Source: Macrostomum lignano (Eukaryota). Taken from it: a stretch of 64,000 nucleotides of DNA. The stretch is taken from assembly GCA_002269645.1 (NCBI GenBank), contig NIVC01000399.1, positions 186,001-250,000 on the forward strand, given 5' to 3'. Under the pieces are notes generated by a model, which did no database searches, had not been told where the DNA came from, and saw only the letters and a program-made list of their open reading frames with translations. This document shows, piece after piece, positions 34,480 through 57,754 of the stretch (position 1 is its first letter; each line of letters starts with the position of its first letter). Made by a program: the position numbers and the translations under genes.

Positions 34480-35494
34480 TAGTGATGGATCGAAATTATT
34501 TTTCAAATCGAAATCGAAATCGAAATTTTCGGTTCCTTAGAATCGAAATCGAAATTGAAATTGAAATCGAAATTTTTGAGCTTAACAAATTTTTACTTTT
34601 TCGCTAATCATGCAAAAAGGTTAACACCTTGCCTCTGCATGTATGAGCTTACATGTTTTATAAAAAGTATCTTTGATATGTTTAAACCAGAATACTTAAG
34701 ATTTAACTTACTTTAAAAATACGAAATAGAAAATGCTAGTATATTATGTATCATACACTCATACATAGAAATATAGTAGAAGTTGTATTATACTTCACCA
34801 CTGTTTAAGCTGAAGATCTAGATACGAGTAGCCTATATCCATTTCATTAAGGCTTTAAGTCTTTAGCCAATTAGAATCCACGCCGATGAGTTCAGCCAGT
34901 GGGCTTGTGGAGGTTGAGGTGGGTGCAGCACAAGGCCTGGAACAGTGTGTGCCCTGCACAATCTTTTTAGTAGAAAAGGCAATTCTCACCCCTATTGCAG
35001 CGCATGGCTTAAGTACGCCAGACGCCTACACAACCTGCGCCACGCTGTGAAATGACTTACCTGTGAAAGAAACCTAAAGCAAAGTTAACGCAGTTTTGGG
35101 TAAACGGCAGGAGTAACTATGACTGTCTTATCAAGCCTAAATGCCTCGGCATCTAATTAGTACTGCGCCGCTCCGTACTAATCGCCGCGCGCGTATGCGC
35201 CGCGCCGCGCCGTATTAGATCCGCGCCGGACGCCGTCCGCCAAAATGCCCATGCGCTGCAATCAGGATTCTCACCTCCCCACTGAGTCTTTGAACTGCAC
35301 TTCCTTTCACTTCCTATAGATTTTCTTTCTTGTGTAGCATGGATTATCACTGTCTAAATTGTTAAAATATAACCAAAATTTCGAAATGATTTTTGATGAA
35401 TGGTGTCAAAATTCGAAATCGAAATTATTTCGATGCAAAATTAGTTTTGGAATTCGGAATATCAAAATTTAAATCGAATTTTGATCCATCACTA
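34480..35494. mobile_element. Non-autonomous hAT element (1015 bp) nested in the mariner transposase
   Basis: TIR TAGTGATGGATC; 8-bp TSD CGGATGAG at 34472-34479 and 35495-35502. Removing it restores the reading GIHNSS-VCRIL. Confidence 0.88.
35098..35161 (+). pseudogene. Second 28S rRNA-derived fragment, inside the nested hAT element
   Basis: GGGTAAACGGCAGGAGTAACTATGACTGTCTTATCAAGCCTAAATGCCTCGGCATCTAATTAGT; shares non-rDNA flank with the copy at 4919-4982. Confidence 0.8.
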
Positions 35495-35978
35495 CGGATG
35501 AGTTGTGGATGCCACACACACTCTCCACTTCTTGCAAGCACACTGATGGATTTGCTGACACATATTCCAGCACTGCAGCAGTATTTTCATTGTCTGTGCT
35601 GGAGTGCGGATGGCTAGAACGTGGGGCATCGCTGGCGGCTATGACACCCTCAGCAGCAAGGCGGTGATGGGCAAACACCTGCGTCCGACCCAACGTCTGA
35701 GCCCCAAATGCAGCACGCCCAGTTGGTCTATGGGTCAAATGTCACTCAGCTCCAAAAAAAGTTCTATCAGGAAGACCAGTCCAGAAACTTTTGCAGCACC
35801 CCTCGTAAAAGAGCCACCATGTAGAACATAAAAGAGCCACCCTATTAAACATAAAAGATACACAATTTCAAACCTGAAAGTAAGCAAATTTTAAAGGAGC
35901 CGCTATAATGCTAAGGAAATTGTTGCACTAGCTACTTATTGTCTGGTGGATGCTTGCTATTTGGGGATGCTATCTATC

Positions 35979-36570
35979 CCCTATAGGAAAAAGTTGTAAA
36001 ACCGCGGACGGTGTCCGGCGCACTTTTGAAATTTTTCTAAAGTGCAGCACGCGCACAGGCGCAGCGCCTGCGCGCGCTGCCCTTTCTTACTGGCTGCTGC
36101 TCTAGCAAATACATATACATGGAAATGGGTATAATACCTCTGTTGAAGGGGCTTATACACTCGTAATTTATTAAGCTTAGAGATGTTCCAAAAATTCAAT
36201 TTCAATTTTCCAAAATTTGAATTTTTTTAGAGCAAATTTCAATTTCGAAATAAAATTTAGAAGTGAAAATTTTGGTAGTGTCTAAAAAGTCGCTAAAAAT
36301 AAACTACTTTCTACTACATATACATGTATTACTTTTTGCTTAAGCAGTAAATAGAAAGTAAAAAAGTGAGTGTTGATCATACTAAACTTTGTTTTTCTGA
36401 ATTATGATTTCGGGAAATTTCAATTTTGATTTTGGAAAGTTAGCGAATTTTGATTTCGACGAAACTGCAGATCTTTCGGAACATCTCTAATAATCCTAAA
36501 GCGCGGTAAAATAGTTTGACTCTTTTCTAAAGCGCGCGTCCGCGGGTTTTTAACATTTATTCCAATAGGG
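35979..36570. mobile_element. hAT-like MITE (592 bp), possibly with a further nested element at 36178-36489
   Basis: TIR ccctat(a/t)ggaa..aaaccgcggacg; 8-bp TSD TATCTATC at 35971-35978 and 36571-36578. Internal inverted pair TAGAGATGTTCC / GGAACATCTCTA has no clean TSD. Confidence 0.75.
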
Positions 36571-36574
36571 TATC

Positions 36575-36710
36575 TATCTTGGAGATGCTTGCTATTTGGG
36601 GATGCTATCTATCTTGGAGATGCTTGCTATTTGGGGGATGCTTGCTATCTGGGGGATGCTTGCTATCCAGGGGATGCTTGCTATCTGGGGAATGCTTGCT
36701 GTCTTGGGAT
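36575..36710. repeat. ~18-bp tandem repeat (gatgcttgctatttgggg), target of the 35979 MITE
   Basis: The same unit occurs at 35945-35975, on the other side of the MITE. Confidence 0.8.
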
Positions 36711-36899
36711 GATTTCTTTTTGCATTGCATTTCATTTCATTTGAGTATTTTGTCTATTTTCTTTGTAAAGACTTTATTTGGCTATCTTTTTGTTACTTGT
36801 AGAGAACAGAGATTCTATACAGATGTCCCCCAACGGAGGGTAAAGATTGCTAGTAAATCTCTATATTTAATCCTGGGATCAAAAAATACAGATTTTCAA

Positions 36900-38030
36900 G
36901 CTTATGGGTTGAAATTTCAAGGCAAAATATCAGCTAAGCATTTTTTTGCTTTTATTTTTTATTGTTATAGTGATAATGATCTTTTTGTAGGTGAAAAACA
37001 GCATTATCTTGTGATTTATTTAAGTAAGTAGTATAAAAATGCTAACTAGTAGTAAAGAAGCAAATCATACATCAAAATTTATATTGGAATAAATTTCACA
37101 TTAAATATGTGATGCGGGGTTTAAAAATGTGCCATGCAATGCAAGGCAACTAATAGAAATTAGTGCAATATAATAAACTAGTTGTGGGCCCAATTTTGTT
37201 CATATTAGGGCCTATAACATTTTTAATAAAAATAATAATAGCAAAAATTAGTCCCAGCCCCAGGATTTGAGACCCCAAATCCCAGGACTGGAAATCCCAG
37301 GATTAGGGCCCAATCTGGGGATTTTGGGATCCTAGGATTGCAATACTTATTTAAATGATTGTATAACAAAATTGAATATAGGGGCCTAAGCTACATTCTT
37401 AATAAAATATAAAAGTTGATGCTACAATACTGCATTTAGAAGTAGGCCCTAAGTCTTCTTCTGAAGTTTGATTTTAAGAATAATTTTAAGTTAATTTTGC
37501 TATCTTTGTAATTGAAGGTCATATATCAAAATTCTTGACTCCCATATTGGATAGGCCTAGTGCTAGTGCTATGTGTATGATTGTAAAATAAAAGAATGCC
37601 AAGTTTAAAAAAGTACTTTAAAGAAAATTGATTCAAATATATTTTATATTTTGTATTTTAGTATTTATATTTTATAGAATTATCATAATCAAATTAAATC
37701 TCAAGGCCTTAAAGTAATTAAGTCAGATAAATGTGAGATTTTTCATCTCTTTAGACCTATGGCCATAGCCTACACTAGGCCTAAGCTAGCCTAGCAATGT
37801 AGCAAGCAACAGCAACAGGCCTTAGGCCTACTACTACTGCTAGGCCAATACTTGTATTAAAATAATCAAAAACTACTAGTAGTATATGGCCAATGGCCAT
37901 TAGGCCATGGAAAGTTTTTGTAGTAGGCCTAAGCCTTGCTAGCCCTAAGTATAGATCTTATATTCCTAGGCCTATAATACGCTCGTATAATAACTATGGC
38001 CTTACCTAAGGCAAAGGCTATGTTTTGATG
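36900..38030. other. AT-rich, CpG-eroded block rich in taggcct/ctag
   Basis: CpG almost absent. Abuts a CpG-dense patch at 38140-38290. Confidence 0.7.
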
Positions 38031-38744
38031 GGAAATGTTTTGCAATCACTACGACACTAGCATTCTGTATTATGAGTATACCGATCTGCATGAAATTGTG
38101 TGTGATACTGTACTGTGGTAGGCTGGTAGCCATAGTCGAGATTGTGTCCTATGTGCTGGACTAAATAAATAAATTACATTATTTAGTCGCACGAACGTAC
38201 GTTGCGTGTTGCGTGCAGTCAGACCTCGGCCGCGTCCGCCGGGGTCTCTTCAAAAAATTACGCTGTTCTAAGGAAGTAAAACGTAAACAACAACAAACCT
38301 TGCTTTTCTCCATTGTTAATACCCCCAAATCCATACAATAGAAAATCAATAGTAAATTTATACAGGTTTAATAAAACAATGTTTTTACAATATCAATTGT
38401 GCTAGTATAATGTACATGTTTTTGTATTATTATCACATCAAAATTTATCGACACATGTATTTTTCCGGTATGTGCGGCGCAGTATAAAGATAGATATAAC
38501 GTACGTAGTTATACTTATAAATCTACGAATTGCAGACTTATTGTTATTCCCAAAGCATTCGATGCACCATATGAGCCATGAGAGAGATCGTCGACAAAAG
38601 ACACCGTGTGTGCAAATGGAGGGAACCGTAGTACGTTGTGTTGGAATTTTCCAAGCAAATGGACACAGCAGAAGGGTTGAGTTACATTGGACCGGATCCA
38701 GTGACACCGTTTATAGCTCTATTGACACGGGTATAACTTAACTC

Positions 38745-38818
38745 CAAGGACCACTGTACTTGATATAGCTATATCAAGCGATATACAGTAGCTATATAGC
38801 TATATACAGTGGTCCTTG
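38745..38818. mobile_element. Tiny fold-back element, CAAGGACCAC..GTGGTCCTTG
   Basis: Inverted termini caaggaccactgta / tacagtggtccttg. A similar element lies at 39237-39285, and the termini are related to 27695-28245. Confidence 0.5.
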
Positions 38819-40139
38819 TACATGTATAACTCCAGTCAGTCACAAGCTGGGTATAACTTTAGTGACACTTGGTATCACTTCAGACACGTACCTACTCCAG
38901 GTGCATGACGCGGGTAGCAGTCCAGTGGCACAGATATCACTTTAGCTATTGACACAGAGAATACAACTAGTCTCGCCAGTTTTGCAAGAGTTGCATGCAT
39001 CCATCTATAACCATACCATATGATCTTTTTTCGTTGCTATACTGTAAAAATATATTGTGTGTATTAATAAAACTGAGACAGTAAAACACACCAACATTTT
39101 CATGTTCGAAAAGACCGAATTTAGCATCTAAAATTAGCTACACAAGCAACGATGAACTATCAATGTAAATATTTAATATATTATAAAAAATGGTTAACAA
39201 GAAAATCTCTTTAACCGTAAATAATTTTATCTAATCCAAGGACCATTGTAGTTAAAAATACATGCGTGGGCTTCAGTAGTCCTTGGAATAAATAAATCCT
39301 TACAAAAATTTTTAAGCAATTCTGAAACTAACCAATGGCGATTGGGGAAAGGAGAGGCAAAAATGACAGCAGTAATTATATTGATTGATTGATGAATTGA
39401 TCAGCGTGCGGCATTGGCCATTGGATCTGTTAATGAATTCAAATTGATACGCATAAGTAGTTCAGCAGTAGTATCAATAGCGTATGCGACTGCGGTAATC
39501 AATAAATGGGAAAAGAGAGGAACAGAAGCAGAGGATCTCGAGACTTAAGAGAGGTAGACATAGGGAAAGAAAAAAGACGATAGTCGAATGACCACTGATC
39601 GTTTCTTGGTAATTTTTGAAGGCTCAATATTTAAAAACATTGTAATAAACGAAAGCCTCCATTATGAGACGTAGCTTTGGTAAACTTAAGCCTTCAAATA
39701 TATTTCCAAAAAACCTACTTGAATTTCTCTTATTACGTGAACGTGATCATTGAAGCTCGAGGCAAAAGATCATTCAAAATTTAATATATTTCCTATAATT
39801 CCTGTGGTCATTGAACAGAACTTGGGGAGTAGATGTTAGGTGAAGTGCAATGGAGGCAAGATAATCTGATGTGTAATGATAAAATCCGTACGGTTGGTAA
39901 ATAATCGTCAGCCAATTAAAGCCAGCAAGCCAAAGCCAAACTGCCAGGTGTGAAAAATTAATAATAAAAAATACCAGAGAAATCGGGAGAGGACAATTGG
40001 AAAGATATATTGTGCAGACAAAACAGGCAAGATAGGGGGGGGGGGTTAAGTTGCTGTACAATAGCCTCGGCATCTTCAAACTTTACGAGCTTTGATGTCG
40101 GAAAACAGCAATGGTTCATTAATAAAAGATTGACATTCA

Positions 40140-40660
40140 AGCTTTAGGGTCAGTTCTTAGTTTAGGTTTAGGGGCGACTCTTAGCTTAGGTTTAGAGGCG
40201 ATTTTTAGATTCGGTTTTTGAGGCGGTTCTTAGTTTAGGTTTAGAAGTGATATTTAGTTTAGGTTTAAAGGCGATTTTTAGATAAGGTTTAAAGACGGTT
40301 CTTAGTTTAGTTAGCTTAGTTAGGGGTGATTCTTAGTTTTGTTGTAGAGGCAGTTCTTAGTTTAGGTTTAGGGTGATTCCTAGTTTAGGTTTAGGGTGAT
40401 TCTTAGTTTAGGTTTAGAGGCGGTTCTTAGTTTAGGTTTAGGGTGATTCTTAGTTTAGGTTTAGAGGCGGTTCTTAGTTTAGTTGTAGAGGCAGTTCTTA
40501 GTTTAGGTTTAGGGTGATTCTTAGTTTAGGTTTAGGGTGATTCTTAGTTTAGGTTTAGGGTGATTCTTAGTTTAGGTTTAGAGGCGGTTCTTAGTTTAGG
40601 TTTAGGGAGATTCTTAGTTTAGGTTTAGAGGCGGTCTCTTAGTTTAAGCTTAGGGGCGAC
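40140..40660. repeat. TTTAGG(G)-rich ~23-bp tandem repeat
   Basis: Unit about ttcttagtttaggtttagggtga. Confidence 0.9.
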
Positions 40661-40826
40661 GCATCTTTTAGAAAATTAAAAGCAATTATAAAAGCGACTT
40701 TTTCAGCAAACTTCGGGCACGCCACCTTGCCAGAGTTTCAAATTTAGCCCGTACAAATAATTAACGAAATAAAGCATCAAAGTTTTCAAACAACTGGGAG
40801 AACTGCAGCGGCAGCAGCTGGGAAGT

Positions 40827-52364
<11,538 letters not shown>

Positions 52365-52429
52365 CTGCCGGCGGGAGGGACGGGTGAGTAACATTTAATA
52401 AATGCGTGTCTACGCAAGGACATGGAGTC

Positions 52430-53761
52430 CCCTTGTGAGTCCGAGTCCTCAGAGGACACTCAGGTCCAAGACTGACTCCGAGTCCTCAGAGGACACTCAG
52501 GTCCAAGACAATGCGTCTCGAGTCCTCAGAGGACACTCAGGTCCAAGACTATGAGTCCGAATCCTCAGAGGACACTCAGGTCCAAGACTGACTCCGAGTC
52601 CTCAGAGGACACTCAGGTCCAAGACTATGAGTCCCGAGTCCTCAGACGACACTCAGGTCCAAGACTGAGTCCGAGTCCACAGAGGACACTCAAGTCCAAG
52701 ACAATGCGTCCGCGAGTCTCAGAGGACACTCAGGTCCAAGACTATGAGTCCCGAGTCCTCAGACGACACTCAGGTCCAAGACTGAGTCCCGAGTCCTCAG
52801 AGGACACTCAGGTCCAAGACTATGAGTCCCGAGTCCTCAGAGGACATCAGGTCCAAGACTGAGTCCCGAGTCCACAGAGGACACTCAGGTCCAAGACTAT
52901 GAGTCCCGAGTCCACAGAGGACACTCAGGTCCAAGACTGAGTCCCGAGTCCTCAGAGGACACTCAGGTCCAAGACTATGAGTCCCGAGTCCTCAGAGGAC
53001 ACTCAGGTCCAAGACTATGAGTCCCGAGTCCACAGAGGACACTCAGGTCCAAGACTATGAGTCCCGATCGAGTCTTCAGAGGACACTCAGGTCCAAGATA
53101 TGAGTCCGAGTCCTCAGAGGACACTCAGGTCCAAGACTGAGTCCCGAGTCCTCAGAGGACACTAAGGTCCAAGATTGAGTCCCGATCGAGTCCTCAGAGA
53201 CACTAAGGTCCAAGATTGAGTCCCGATCGAGTCCTCAGAAGACACTCAGGTCCAAGACTGAGTCCCGAGTCCTCAGAGGACACTCAGGTCCAAGACTGAG
53301 TCCCGAATCCTCAGAGGACACTCAGGTCCAAGACTGAGTCCCGAGTCCTCAGAGGACACTCAGGTCCAAGACTGAGTCCCGAGTCCTCAGAGGACACTCA
53401 GGTCCAAGACTATGAGTCCGAGTCCTCAGAGGACACTCAGGTCCAAGACTGAGTCCGCGAGTCCTCAGAGGACACTCAGGTCCAAGACTGAGTCCCGAGT
53501 CCTCAGAGGACACTCAGGTCCAAGACTATGAGTCCCGAGTCCACAGAGGACACTCAGGTCCAAGACTATGAGTTCCGAGTCCTCAGAGGACACTCAGGTC
53601 CAAGACTGAGTCCGCGAGTCCTCAGAGGACACTCAGATCCAAGACTATGAGTCCCGAGTCCTCAGACGACACTCAGGTCCAAGACTGAGTCCCGAGTCCA
53701 CAGAGGACACTCAGGTCAAGACTATGAGTCCCGAGTCCACAGAGGAACTCAGGTCCAAGAC
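52430..53761. repeat. 38-40 bp minisatellite (gagtcccgagtcctcagaggacactcaggtccaagact) running into the gap
   Basis: Direct tandem copies up to the N run. Confidence 0.96.
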
Positions 53762-54748
53762 NNNNNNNNNNNNNNNNNNNNNNNNNNNNNNNNNNNNNNN
53801 NNNNNNNNNNNNNNNNNNNNNNNNNNNNNNNNNNNNNNNNNNNNNNNNNNNNNNNNNNNNNNNNNNNNNNNNNNNNNNNNNNNNNNNNNNNNNNNNNNNN
53901 NNNNNNNNNNNNNNNNNNNNNNNNNNNNNNNNNNNNNNNNNNNNNNNNNNNNNNNNNNNNNNNNNNNNNNNNNNNNNNNNNNNNNNNNNNNNNNNNNNNN
54001 NNNNNNNNNNNNNNNNNNNNNNNNNNNNNNNNNNNNNNNNNNNNNNNNNNNNNNNNNNNNNNNNNNNNNNNNNNNNNNNNNNNNNNNNNNNNNNNNNNNN
54101 NNNNNNNNNNNNNNNNNNNNNNNNNNNNNNNNNNNNNNNNNNNNNNNNNNNNNNNNNNNNNNNNNNNNNNNNNNNNNNNNNNNNNNNNNNNNNNNNNNNN
54201 NNNNNNNNNNNNNNNNNNNNNNNNNNNNNNNNNNNNNNNNNNNNNNNNNNNNNNNNNNNNNNNNNNNNNNNNNNNNNNNNNNNNNNNNNNNNNNNNNNNN
54301 NNNNNNNNNNNNNNNNNNNNNNNNNNNNNNNNNNNNNNNNNNNNNNNNNNNNNNNNNNNNNNNNNNNNNNNNNNNNNNNNNNNNNNNNNNNNNNNNNNNN
54401 NNNNNNNNNNNNNNNNNNNNNNNNNNNNNNNNNNNNNNNNNNNNNNNNNNNNNNNNNNNNNNNNNNNNNNNNNNNNNNNNNNNNNNNNNNNNNNNNNNNN
54501 NNNNNNNNNNNNNNNNNNNNNNNNNNNNNNNNNNNNNNNNNNNNNNNNNNNNNNNNNNNNNNNNNNNNNNNNNNNNNNNNNNNNNNNNNNNNNNNNNNNN
54601 NNNNNNNNNNNNNNNNNNNNNNNNNNNNNNNNNNNNNNNNNNNNNNNNNNNNNNNNNNNNNNNNNNNNNNNNNNNNNNNNNNNNNNNNNNNNNNNNNNNN
54701 NNNNNNNNNNNNNNNNNNNNNNNNNNNNNNNNNNNNNNNNNNNNNNNN
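53762..54748. other. Assembly gap (987 N)
   Basis: Run of N. Confidence 1.
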
Positions 54749-55210
54749 TTGACATTCCTGACTGTACAAGTAACAGGGGTGTCGCGATTTTCTGAATCTT
54801 TGTCATTTTTTAGTTTATCTGCACTTGTCTCTGTTTACTTTGTCTTTTCTCCCTCTCTGGCCAGTCTAAATCTTGTTATTCTTATCTCTGTCCCTCGTTG
54901 CCTTCTGATTGGCTCTTGAATCTCGCATCTTTCCTTAGTCGCGCACTCTGCCCCTCCTTATCTTGCACTTAAACCCCCCCGCCCTAGTTAATGTCTTATA
55001 AATACAACCGTTGGATCTTGCGCCTCAGTTACTGCTCATTTTTATAAACTCAACTTTAGATAGTGTCACTCTTTTCTGTACAAGCAGGGTGCTAAATTCC
55101 CGATGATCATTGAAGAGGTTGCTGAAAAATCCAATTTCCTTCAAAGAAATCTAAAAGCAGAAAATGCCAGACAAGTCAAGAATCGAACATCAAACACCAG
55201 CGGCGCTCAC

Positions 55211-56080
55211 CAGGCGAATAGACGAAGGCATTCCACAACTCTCGGACAGGATTCCAATTAATCTTAATCTGTCCGATCTTGCCCAGCGGCTTAACCAGTT
55301 TGAGCACCTCTGTAAATAGGTGCTGTCGACTCAGGGCGCGGGCATTCACCAGATAGATGCTGGACTCCTTCTGGCGCCCATTGACAGCGCCGCCAGCCAG
55401 AGACCATGGCGCCGGCTGCAGCTGGTTGCGGAGGCCGCTCTCAGCCAGCTGGACTGAGAGGCGGCAGCCGTGAAATTCGCTGCCATTAAATCGCAGCACA
55501 GCGGCGTAGGCGCCGTGCGCACAGGCGAAGTCAACGAAAGCGAAGCCGGTCCTGCGGTGCAGGGTGGCGACGCGAGAGAATGCAGAGGCAGGGCGAAGAA
55601 AGCGGAAGTAGAAAATATTCATTTGATGGGATACACTCCCCATATATGGTTATTTATGATGGGATAAACTCCCCATAAATGTTTTATGATGGGATAAAAT
55701 CCCCATAAATGGTTCGTTATTACGGGATAAAATCCCCACCCATAAATCGTTAGTTATGATGAGATAAACTTTCCATAAATGGTTATGATGGGATTATATC
55801 ACACAGATCGCTAAGAAATGAAATCTTCACTGGTGTCTAATCGGAGAAGTCTCATGAATAACTTCAGGACTTTACAATACCAGCCCGAATTGGACAGTTG
55901 CACTCACCCCCCAAAATTATCCTTTCTCGGAGCGCAAACTCGAACGGACATGATTCGGCCGGCGGCCGAGAAAAAAATTTGAACACGGGAGCGGGCGGAC
56001 TTCGAATACGGCACCCCAGCGACGTACACGGAGGCCCAGAGGCCGGAATGATCTGGCGGGCACTGGCAGTAGTTCGGCAT
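55211..56080 (-). CDS. RNA-binding protein with two divergent RRM domains; exons 55908-56080 and 55211(or 55176)-55551
   Basis: The exon from the ATG at 56080 reads MPNYCQCPPDHSGLWASVYVAGVPYSKSARSRVQIFFSAAGRIMSVRV (RNP2-like). It splices in phase 2 (GG|gtgag..cag|G) to TGFAFVDF..AVLRFNG..RLSVQLA (RNP1). A second RRM-like segment follows (SIYLVN..VKPLGKIGQIKI). The 3' end is uncertain. Confidence 0.65.
55625..55800. repeat. Degenerate tandem repeat (atgggataaa.tccccataaatggtt) in the RRM-gene intron
   Basis: About 5 imperfect copies. Confidence 0.75.
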
Positions 56081-56134
56081 CGCTCAAAGAGTCTGCAAGC
56101 AGGCAAAGAGTAGTCACGATTCGATGCCAAACAT

Positions 56135-56645
56135 ACTGGGGCTGGCTGAGGCTAAACCAGAGCCAGCCTGGCTAATGATGCCAGCTGGCTGAGGCTAAAC
56201 CAGAGCAAGCCTGGCTAATGATGCCAGCTGGCTGAGGCTAAACCAGAGCCAGCCTGGCTAATGATGCCAGCTGGCTGAGGCTAAACCAGAGCCAGCCTGG
56301 CTAATGATGCCAGCTGGCTGAGGCTAAACCAGAGCCAGCCTGGCTAATGATGCCAGCTGGCTGAGACTAAACCAGAGCCAGCCTGGCATAGCCAGCTGGC
56401 TGAGGCTACCAGAGCCAGCCTGGCTAATGATGCCGGCTGGCTGAGGCTAAACCAGAGCCAGCCTGGCTAATGATGCCAGCTGGCTGAGGCTAAACCAGAG
56501 CCAGCCTGGCTAATGATGCCAGCTGGCTGAGGCTAAACCAGAGCTAGCCTGGCTAATGATGCCAGCTGGCTGAGGCTAAACCAGAGCTGCCTGGCTAATG
56601 ATGGCAGCTGGCTGAGGCTAAACCAGAGCTAGCCTGGCTAATGAT
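56135..56645. repeat. 43-bp minisatellite (gctggctgaggctaaaccagagccagcctggctaatgatgcca)
   Basis: Direct tandem copies. Confidence 0.95.
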
Positions 56646-57080
56646 GAGACATTGCTGTTGCTAGCAATGTTACTCCTTGTTAAATAGACAAATAAAATAA
56701 TAATAAGCGTCACATTTAGCCACTGTACACAGCGCGCTAGAAGAGTATTCGTCCAGAGCGCAAGTTGATATGAATAATTATTATATTATAAATTATATAT
56801 AACATATTATAGTGCAACTATTGGTGCAAACAGACAAATAACAATTAATTATATAATAAGCTATCAATATCATACGTAAATACAACAATTTTTACTATCA
56901 AACACTATAAATTACAGTCAAACAAAAGAACAACACGAAGGAGAAAGGATTATATTATTTGTGTTTAAAAATCGCTTAGGGCAGTAATAATGGTGGTAAT
57001 CAAGAAATGCAAAACATCTGGAGGGACAGGGGGCTTCTCGTATTCAGGTTTATCATGAAGGACAACAGTTTTAGTTTAAA

Positions 57081-57271
57081 GCAGGTCGGCAAACTTCGAC
57101 CTCGAGTCCTTTGAAACTTCACAATAGCGATCCGGCCCGCTCAAGGTTTCTGTCTCTTCTCAGCTCTCTCTTTCCTCTTATCTCTTCTCTCATGCTATCT
57201 CTCCCCTCTCATCTTCCATTCCTTCTCCTTTCCTCTCTCTGGCCTTGAGGTAAAAAAGTTTGCCGACCTCT
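57081..57271. mobile_element. hAT/Charlie-like MITE; a related truncated copy lies at 63736-63931
   Basis: TIR aggtcggcaaactt / aagtttgccgacct. The internal cctttgaaacttcacaatagc.atccggcccgctcaa is shared with 63745-63780. Confidence 0.7.
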
Positions 57272-57754
57272 AAATTAAACGAATGGAGTTTAGCGTGATT
57301 ATTAGAGTGTACATATGTACTAATGAGTGTGCATAGCAAGTCAGTGGAAGTAGCAGGGTAAACACTAATTAGAATTCACTAGCAGGTAGCAGCTCAGAAT
57401 TTTATAAAACAAATTAAATTAAATAGTTTCAATTCAACTATGAAAATGTCAAGCACTTAAGTCTGACGAATTTCCTTTGTACATCACCAGCTAGCCCAAA
57501 AACCTAGAAGTGCCTTTCATTTATGCTTTCTTCTGACTCTGGATGGTTTCTGTTAAGATCCTAAGAATCTTATGCAAAACATCTCATATACTACTAACCA
57601 GAAATATTATTTATCATTTCATCCTTCCTATTAATAACCACCACATAACTAGATGGGCCACTTAGGCGTATTTGCTTGGTAAAATATTAATTGTAATAAA
57701 ATTAATAATAATTGATTACACCTGCCCCAATGTGCAGATGTGCAATAAACAGCT

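Larger units (their letters stand above)
33254..35805 (-). mobile_element. Defective mariner (Tc1/mariner, DD34D) DNA transposon
   Basis: TIRs (c)gaggggtgctgcaaaagtttc(c/t)ggactgg flanked by TA. Transposase remnants SDAPRSSHP, WVPREL, ITMDET, WDNARPH and YSPDLAIAD, with 34 residues between the second and third D. Has a frameshift near 34050, a premature stop near 33808, an N-terminal deletion and a nested insertion. Confidence 0.92.

Noticed and set aside
36579-37031. 150-aa hydrophobic ORF
   Set aside because: Begins in an 18-bp tandem repeat and runs into AT-rich non-coding DNA; no splice or family support.
38200-38290. Possible spliced-leader RNA or snRNA gene
   Set aside because: GC-rich patch with a ggtctctt motif, but no convincing leader, donor and Sm-site arrangement; better read as a promoter-like patch.
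53673-54806. Long ORFs of about 350 aa
   Set aside because: Artefacts of translating the N gap.
55864-56130. Listed ORFs 55864-56130 and 55917-56117 as the RRM first exon
   Set aside because: The third frame (ATG at 56080) gives the RNP2-like motif and the correct splice phase, so these two are alternative frames.
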